64,000 nucleotides of DNA from Dehalococcoidia bacterium (GTDB lineage Bacteria; Chloroflexota; Dehalococcoidia; Lucifugimonadales; G958296245), in contig CBDHEI010000001.1 of the NCBI GenBank assembly GCA_965262055.1, positions 393,883 through 457,882 on the forward strand, in the 5' to 3' direction. Of the stretch, positions 58,013-64,000 are shown in pieces; position 1 is the first letter of the stretch; each line of letters starts with the position of its first letter. A program made the translations under genes and the position numbers. The notes beneath the pieces were generated by a model. That model made no database searches and was not told the DNA's origin. It worked only from the letters and a program-made list of their open reading frames with translations.

Positions 58013-59437
58013 CTATTCCCTCTGGAAGTCGGGGGTTGCGGCCACCAGTTCGACGAGCTCCGCGACGTTCTCAGCCGATCCTCCGCCCTCTCCGGTCCCG
58101 CGCTCGGCGGCGAACTCGACGAGCGCTTCTCGGGTGCTTTCCTTAACGGAGATCGCCCCCATGTGGTCCAGGCAGGCCTGGACCAGGCTTTCCGCCGTGG
58201 CGTCGCCGTTGCCCGACGCGGCGATCACGTTGCCCACAAGCCGCTTCACGCCGGGTAGCGCAGGATCGGAGAGCTGCTGCACGGCGTAGTTGATCCGCTC
58301 GACCGCAGTGCCGGTGTCTATCCACTCGGTCCCCTGGTGCCAGCCTTCGACGCTGGGCGGGTTGATTAGGGTCTGTCCCATGAAGGTCAACAGGTTGGCG
58401 TCGCCCTGCAGCCTTGGATCGGGCATACGGTAACGTCCGGTCAGCCTGAGAAGCCCAGCCACGAGCTCGGCGGGGCCCTTCACCTTCCTGAACCAGGAGG
58501 ACCTGGACTTGAAGAATTCGGACTTGAAGAGCACCCGCAGCATCTCGTCGATCCTGTAGTCGTGCTCGAAGTAGGCCTGCGCGAGGATGTCGATTGCCTC
58601 CGGATCGGCCGGGGGATGCAGTGACCACTGCGGTACGGGAGGCTCGTCGGCGACAAAGAAATGGTACATGTGGCGCGCGATGAAGCGTGCTGTGGCCGGC
58701 TGTGCGCATATTATGTCCACGACGTCCCGGCCGTCGAAACCGCCCGTGTGCCCTAGGAACTCCTTCTCGCCACCGTCATGGTCGTCGGCGCGGTACTCGA
58801 ACCGCATGGACATGCGCCCGTATGGCCAGAGCGAGTCGCGCTGCGCCTTCATGGCGACGTAGTCGATGTTGGCGGTCGTCCATCCCGTGAAGGCGCGGGC
58901 GCACTCCTTCACGTCCTGCTCGGTATAGTTTCCGACGCCCATGGAGAAGAGCTCCAGCAGCTCGCGCCCGTAGTTCTCATTGACCGCGCCCGCGTGGTTC
59001 TCGTTATTGTCCAGCCACAGCACCATGCACGGGTCCTTGGAGATCTCGACCAGCAGGTCCCGGAAGCTCCCCATGCCGTGCTTTCGGAACATGCCTATCT
59101 GGTTCATCATGCCCCTGCCCTGGGTCACCTTCTGGTAGCCCGTGGCGAAGACAGAGTGCCAGAAGAGGGACATCTTCTCGTGGAGGGGACCACCGGTGTT
59201 GACCATGCGGTATAGCCAGTAGGCGGCGGCGCCCGCCATACCGAGGCCGCCCTGGTGGTCGGGGTGGTAGCGGTACAGGAGGAGGTCGTCGATGCCTTCC
59301 TGGCTGTCGGTGGCGATGAGCTCGTCCACCGTCGCCTCGTAGCCCTTCCCCGCCCTGGCCTCCAGCTCCTTGTAGCCGGCGCCGAAGCCGGCCCGCCGCA
59401 TCAGGTGCCCCATAAGCTCGACATCATGTGTGCTCAT
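58013..59437 (-). CDS. DUF1800-family protein
   Basis: HL.RRAGFG, EKM.LFWH, NENYGRELLELF.MG, ARAFTGW, PPSV.GW. Confidence 0.92.
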   Translation of the reverse strand: MSTHDVELMGHLMRRAGFGAGYKELEARAGKGYEATVDELIATDSQEGIDDLLLYRYHPDHQGGLGMAGAAAYWLYRMVNTGGPLHEKMSLFWHSVFATGYQKVTQGRGMMNQIGMFRKHGMGSFRDLLVEISKDPCMVLWLDNNENHAGAVNENYGRELLELFSMGVGNYTEQDVKECARAFTGWTTANIDYVAMKAQRDSLWPYGRMSMRFEYRADDHDGGEKEFLGHTGGFDGRDVVDIICAQPATARFIARHMYHFFVADEPPVPQWSLHPPADPEAIDILAQAYFEHDYRIDEMLRVLFKSEFFKSRSSWFRKVKGPAELVAGLLRLTGRYRMPDPRLQGDANLLTFMGQTLINPPSVEGWHQGTEWIDTGTAVERINYAVQQLSDPALPGVKRLVGNVIAASGNGDATAESLVQACLDHMGAISVKESTREALVEFAAERGTGEGGGSAENVAELVELVAATPDFQRE

Positions 59438-59719
59438 AGCTTGCTCCCTTACTGCTCAGACTCGATGGAGGATAGGGGGGGATTGTACTCAGGCACGACG
59501 CCTGGAATCAACTACCGGCTGGCAACGAGGTGGCCGTCGTTGCGCTTGGTTGGGTTCGTAGACGGGCTCCCCGTGTGCCTGCTGGGATCTGGATTGTGCC
59601 TCTCGTGCTTGCTCGCTCGGCCTGCAGGTGCTAGCCTTCCCCGCAGCGCGGCGCAGCGGTTATTCCGAACAGGTTGGGAGCCGTCAGGCGCGCACTATGA
59701 AATCAGGACCTGCACGCAC

Positions 59720-61126
59720 ATGAGTGACGATCTGGTCTTCGCACCCGCTACCGAACTGGCCGAGCAAATTCGCAGCAAGTCCGTCTCCCCGACGGAGGTG
59801 ATGCAGGCGCACCTCTCGCGCATCGAGAGCGTCAACCCGAAGCTCAACGCCATAGTCACGCCCGACGAGACCGCCATGGACCAGGCGCGCGAAGCCGAGG
59901 ACGCGCTGATGCGGGGGGAGCTGCGGGGTCCGTTGCACGGCGTTCCATTCACGGCGAAGGATTCCGTCGACGTAGGCGGGCTCCGCACCACGCGCGGGTC
60001 CAGGTTCTTCGAGAACAACGTCCCCGACGCCGACGCGGTGGTGATTACCCGCTTAAAGGACGCCGGGGCTGTCTTCCTGGGGCATACTAACGTCCCGGAG
60101 TTCGTGTTCTGGTTCGAGACGGACAACGCGGTCTTCGGCAGGACCGAGAACCCGTGGAAGCTGGGGCGCACGACCGGGGGCTCGAGCGGCGGGGAGGCGG
60201 CAGCGCTGTCCTCCGGCATGTCCCCGCTGGGACTGGGCAGCGACGTCGGGTGCTCGATCCGTCTGCCGGCGGCGTACTGCGGCGTCGTGGGACTGAAGCC
60301 GACGCACGGGCGCGTGCCGCTGACGGGACACTGGCCCGACGCCCTGCTGCGCTTCATGCACGTCGGGCCGATGGCGCGCACGGTCAAAGACGTGGCCGTT
60401 GCGCTATCCCTGCTCTCCGGGCCGGACGGCCTCGACCCTTACGCCATGCCAGTGCCGGTACCGGCACTCGACAGGCTGGACGGGCCGATAAGCGGGCTCA
60501 GGGTCGGCTGGTGCGCGGAGGGGCCCTTTGCTCCGGTCTCCGGGGAGATTCAGGCCGCCGTGGCCAGAGCGGCATCCGCACTGGAGGAGATGGGCTGCGA
60601 GGTGGAGGAGGTTGACCTTAAGGAGTGGGACGAGCTACAGGGCCAGGACATCTCTATATCCCTGTACGGCGCGGAGGTGGGCCACGCCCTGGCCCCGATG
60701 ATTGCGGGCCGCCACGATATGCTGTCCGCGCCGCTTCGCGGCAGGCTCACCGGCCCAAAGCCGTCCCTAGAAGAGTACCTCGATGCGCTCGACAAGTGCG
60801 AGCGTCTGCGCCTGGAATCCGCCCGGTACTTCTCCGAATACGACATACTCCTCTGCCCGGCGAGCGTCGTACCGGCCCATCCATGCAGCGCGTCGGAGCT
60901 GGACGTGGACGGAACCAAGGCGCCTCCCAGGAACGCGCTCAGGGCAATGGTCCCTTTCGACCTGACTGGCTCTCCCGCCATAGCCGTGCCATTCGCAGAG
61001 AGCGGCGACGGGCTGCCACTGGCGGTGCAGATCGTGGGACGCCACTTCGAGGAGGCACCCCTTCTCAGAGTTGCGGCGGCGCTGGAGGGCGTCGATGGCG
61101 CCGGGTACAGGCGTCCTCCGGTCTAG
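59720..61126 (+). CDS. Amidase-signature-family enzyme
   Basis: GPLHGVP...KD, GGSSGG, GSD.G.SIR.PA..CG..GLKPT, GLPL.VQ.VG. Confidence 0.93.
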   Translation: MSDDLVFAPATELAEQIRSKSVSPTEVMQAHLSRIESVNPKLNAIVTPDETAMDQAREAEDALMRGELRGPLHGVPFTAKDSVDVGGLRTTRGSRFFENNVPDADAVVITRLKDAGAVFLGHTNVPEFVFWFETDNAVFGRTENPWKLGRTTGGSSGGEAAALSSGMSPLGLGSDVGCSIRLPAAYCGVVGLKPTHGRVPLTGHWPDALLRFMHVGPMARTVKDVAVALSLLSGPDGLDPYAMPVPVPALDRLDGPISGLRVGWCAEGPFAPVSGEIQAAVARAASALEEMGCEVEEVDLKEWDELQGQDISISLYGAEVGHALAPMIAGRHDMLSAPLRGRLTGPKPSLEEYLDALDKCERLRLESARYFSEYDILLCPASVVPAHPCSASELDVDGTKAPPRNALRAMVPFDLTGSPAIAVPFAESGDGLPLAVQIVGRHFEEAPLLRVAAALEGVDGAGYRRPPV

Positions 61127-61145
61127 CAGATTGCGACGGCCAGCG

Positions 61146-61183
61146 AACCATGAATCTCCCTTCGACAAGCTCAGGGCGAACGG
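61146..61183 (+). repeat. Intergenic REP-like element CCCTTCGACAAGCTCAGGGCGAACGG
   Basis: Related copies at 27836-27873 and 38116-38139, and inside CDSs at 18928-18951 and 22447-22470. Confidence 0.7.
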
Positions 61184-61213
61184 GACATTAGAGACAACCA
61201 ACAGGAGACGACG

Positions 61214-62326
61214 ATGACCAGTACGGGCGCGCCCAACATCGCGGGTAAAGTCATGACGGTCCTGGGGGCTGTGGACCCAGACGTCCTCGGCGTGACGCTG
61301 ACGCACGAGCATCTATTCATCGACCTGCGGAAGACCCATCAGCCCTACCGGAAATTCCTGGTGCAGGACGGGCGTCTCGTCGCGGACCCGCCCGACGACG
61401 ACTTTCCCGCCACCGAGCTGCACCAGTGGGAGGCCAAGCTCGACCTCAGCAACATGCAACTGGCACGCAACGTCGCCCCGATTTCGGACAACTACTTCCT
61501 CGACGATGAGGACCTGGCAGTGCGGGAGGTGGCAGAGTACAAGCGGCACGGCGGCAATGCCATCGTCGAGATGACGAGCATCGGCATCAAGAGAGACCCC
61601 GAGGCCCTGCGGCGTGTCTCCGAGCAGACCGGCGTCCACATAGTGATGGGGACCGCATACTACCAGCGAGTGTACCACCCGGACGACATGGACTCGCGCA
61701 CCGTGGAGCAACTCACGGACGTAATCGTGCGCGACGTCACCGTGGGGGTCCGGGAGACAGGGGTGCGGTCCGGAATCGTGGGGGAGGTGGGAATCAACGG
61801 CGGTCCGCTGACGGACAACGAGCTCAAGAGCATGCGGGCTGCGGCGCGCGCCGCAAGGCTAACCGGTGCGCCCGTCTGCGTACACCTCGGCGGCGTGGGA
61901 GCGGAGAAGCACCGCATGCTGGACATCGCCGCAGACGAGGGCGTCGACCTGGAGCGTGTCATCATGGGCCACTGCGACGAGCTGGTAGACGACATGCCCC
62001 TGCTGTACGAGCTGCTGGAGCGTGGGGCCTACGTGGCGTTCGACAACCTGGGCCGGGAGCCGGAAGTGGTAACCGCGAGCCGCACCGCCGTGATCGCGCA
62101 GGCGATACCGGGCATCATAGAAGCGGGCTACGTCGACCGCGTGCTAATCTCGCAGGACGTCTGCTGGAAGATGCACCTCAAGGCCTACGGGGGCTTCGGC
62201 TACTCCTTCCTGCTGGAGCGGTTCATACCAGGCCTGAAGACGCTGGGCGTGACCGATTCGCAGGTCCACACCATCATGGTGGAGAACGCCCGGCGCATCC
62301 TGACGTTCACCGCGCCGCAGCAGTAG
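61214..62326 (+). CDS. Phosphotriesterase-family protein
   Basis: TVLG, TL.HEH, GEVG, TGAP..VH, GH.D, LISQD. Confidence 0.92.
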   Translation: MTSTGAPNIAGKVMTVLGAVDPDVLGVTLTHEHLFIDLRKTHQPYRKFLVQDGRLVADPPDDDFPATELHQWEAKLDLSNMQLARNVAPISDNYFLDDEDLAVREVAEYKRHGGNAIVEMTSIGIKRDPEALRRVSEQTGVHIVMGTAYYQRVYHPDDMDSRTVEQLTDVIVRDVTVGVRETGVRSGIVGEVGINGGPLTDNELKSMRAAARAARLTGAPVCVHLGGVGAEKHRMLDIAADEGVDLERVIMGHCDELVDDMPLLYELLERGAYVAFDNLGREPEVVTASRTAVIAQAIPGIIEAGYVDRVLISQDVCWKMHLKAYGGFGYSFLLERFIPGLKTLGVTDSQVHTIMVENARRILTFTAPQQ

Positions 62327-62356
62327 CGACACCCATCCGATGGCCAACTTCCGCTG

Positions 62357-63637
62357 ATGCCAGCTGGCGACCCTCCGCAGCAGGCCGGGCACAGCTACAA
62401 GCCCTGGTCCGTCTTCAGCCACCGCGACTTCAACATCCTGCTGGCAAGCGGCGTGGCGATGGTGGTCAGCCACTCGCTGACCACTCTGGTCAGCGCGCAG
62501 TGGCTCTACGAGGAGACTGGGTCCGCGGCGCAGCTTGGGCTCCTCGGGGCGGTGCACCTGGTACAGATGCCCATCGCCCTGTACGGCGGCACACTGGCGG
62601 ACAGCGTCGACCGCAAGAAGCTGATGACCCTGACGCAGGGCGTCGCCTTCGCCGTGCTGCTGGCGCTCACGGTGCTGGCCGCGTTGGACCGGCTTGTGCC
62701 CTGGCACATCTTCGCGGCGACCGGGGTCTCCGGCGTCGCAGGGCTGCTGGGAGGGTCGGCGAGGCCGGCGATGCTCCCGCGCGTCGTCCCCAGGAGACTC
62801 CTGATCAACGGCGTGACGAGCCAGAACGTCACTTCCCAGATCGCTGCCGTGGGGGCGCCGTTCATATTCTGGCAGATGTTCGAGACCTTCGGCGTTACGG
62901 TCTCGTTCGCGGCGTCGACGGCTATCGCGCTCGCGGCCGCCGCGGCCCCCAGCATGCTCAGGGCGTCCGGGAAGGCGGACGGCGGGTCGGCGCTGGCCCC
63001 GCTCCGGTCGCTGAAGGAGGGGTACGGGTTCGTCATGGGCCATCAGCTACTGCCGGGGCTGTTCCTGCTTGACATCGGCGTGACCGTCGTCAGCTTCTAC
63101 CGCATGCTCTTCCCGGTCTTCGCGGACCACCTCTACGGGCTGGGGGCTTCCGGTACGGGCCTTCTGAGCGCCGCCAACTCCATCGGCGCCATACTCGGCA
63201 GCTCATTCGTCTTTGTCACGGACAGGTTCGCGCGCAAGGGGATGCTGGTGCTGGTGGCCACCCTGGTATACGCCTTTCTGCTGTTCGCCTTCGGGCTGAA
63301 CAAGGTCTTCGTGCTCGGCCTGGTAATCGTCGCGTCGCTGGGAGCGATGGACTCGATAGGACAGACGATGAGGCAGGCCGTCGCCCAGCTCACCACGCCG
63401 GACAAGCTCCTGGGCAGGGCGAGCAGCGCTCACTCCTTCTCGGCGATGGGCGCAAACAACCTGGGCCAGATCGAGGTCGGCGTGCTATCGGCTGCCATCG
63501 GGGCCGGCGCCACGATGGTGGTCGGCGGCGCTATATCGGTTGCGGCGGTGCTGGCAATCTGGTGGCTGGTGCCGAGGATACGCCGGTACAGGTACGACCC
63601 GAACGATCCTTTTAGCCGGAGCGACCTGGACCCGTGA
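62357..63637 (+). CDS. MFS transporter (EntS/DHA3-like)
   Basis: About 12 hydrophobic segments, GG.LAD..DRK motif A, Q..TP..LLGR. Confidence 0.92.
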   Translation: MPAGDPPQQAGHSYKPWSVFSHRDFNILLASGVAMVVSHSLTTLVSAQWLYEETGSAAQLGLLGAVHLVQMPIALYGGTLADSVDRKKLMTLTQGVAFAVLLALTVLAALDRLVPWHIFAATGVSGVAGLLGGSARPAMLPRVVPRRLLINGVTSQNVTSQIAAVGAPFIFWQMFETFGVTVSFAASTAIALAAAAAPSMLRASGKADGGSALAPLRSLKEGYGFVMGHQLLPGLFLLDIGVTVVSFYRMLFPVFADHLYGLGASGTGLLSAANSIGAILGSSFVFVTDRFARKGMLVLVATLVYAFLLFAFGLNKVFVLGLVIVASLGAMDSIGQTMRQAVAQLTTPDKLLGRASSAHSFSAMGANNLGQIEVGVLSAAIGAGATMVVGGAISVAAVLAIWWLVPRIRRYRYDPNDPFSRSDLDP

Positions 63638-63928
63638 TTGAGACCTGTGATTCGTTCAATGGCGGCGGACCAAGCCCTTCCCTGTCGGGTTGCCACCCAT
63701 GTTAATGCCCTTTCGTGGGAAACTGTTCAGACTCCGTGAGATCCGAAGAAGGCTGCCGCCTGCAGCAGGCAGGGGGTCTGGGGGCTACTCACTCTCCAGC
63801 TACGAATCGAGGGGGTGGTGTCACTTGTGGTGTGACTTCTCGCAGGGGGGTTTGGAGGTGCTTCCGCTGGTGCGGTGCTGGTGAGTTCGTGGGGAAGACT
63901 TTAGCACGAGCGTTTGGGCGTCGCATGA

Positions 63929-63985
63929 CCTCAGAAATATGGTTACCGAAGTAGAGAATGTGCCTCAAAATTACGGTTACCGAAG
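63929..63985. repeat. Two 23-bp direct repeats 34 bp apart
   Basis: CCTCAGAAATATGGTTACCGAAG and CCTCAAAATTACGGTTACCGAAG (20/23 identical). Confidence 0.6.
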
Positions 63986-64000
63986 ACGTGGAGGTGACGC

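Noticed and set aside
59255-59719. N-terminal extension of the amidase (likewise the extensions called for sufC, sufD, the threonine-synthase-like gene, the FAD oxidoreductase and the PaREP1-like gene)
   Set aside because: These overlap neighbouring genes or promoter regions; family homology begins at the downstream starts used above.
52179-64000. Genomic island integrated at tRNA-Thr
   Set aside because: No integrase and no duplicated tRNA 3' end seen; downstream genes look like ordinary chromosomal catabolic genes.

Overview
GC-rich bacterial chromosomal window. The gene content (many Gfo/Idh/MocA, amidohydrolase, DHDPS-like and sialidase paralogues, NHL and DUF1800 genes, a MacAB-like exporter with no TolC) fits a Chloroflexota/Dehalococcoidia SAR202-like organism; this is inference only. 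Two inverted IS1380-family copies (1-1600 and 27994-29741) bracket about 26 kb. That interval holds a suf operon (sufB, HEPN-like gene, DUF1643, sufC, sufD, sufU, rrf2, Rieske ferredoxin, sufS, sufU) with an IscR-type operator, and the most unusual locus of the window (about 14.1-25.1 kb). This locus is three tandem two-gene modules, each a secreted Pro/Thr-stalked HExGHxLxLDD metzincin-like protease (A) followed by an exported partner (B). B has a variable, possibly TIMP/NTR-like N-terminal region and a near-invariant C-terminus. The modules are joined by long direct repeats, carry frameshifts or stops, in-frame REP-like inserts and a duplicated fossil 5' end of an sthA-like gene. They sit next to a promoter with a LexA-like box upstream of a TerS-like HTH gene and a 10.5-bp-phased repeat. 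The right half is mostly catabolic genes, plus tRNA-Thr(CGT) and a giant 1081-aa membrane-fusion protein with mirrored 33-aa repeats. All family assignments are from motifs read by eye; no database searches were run.
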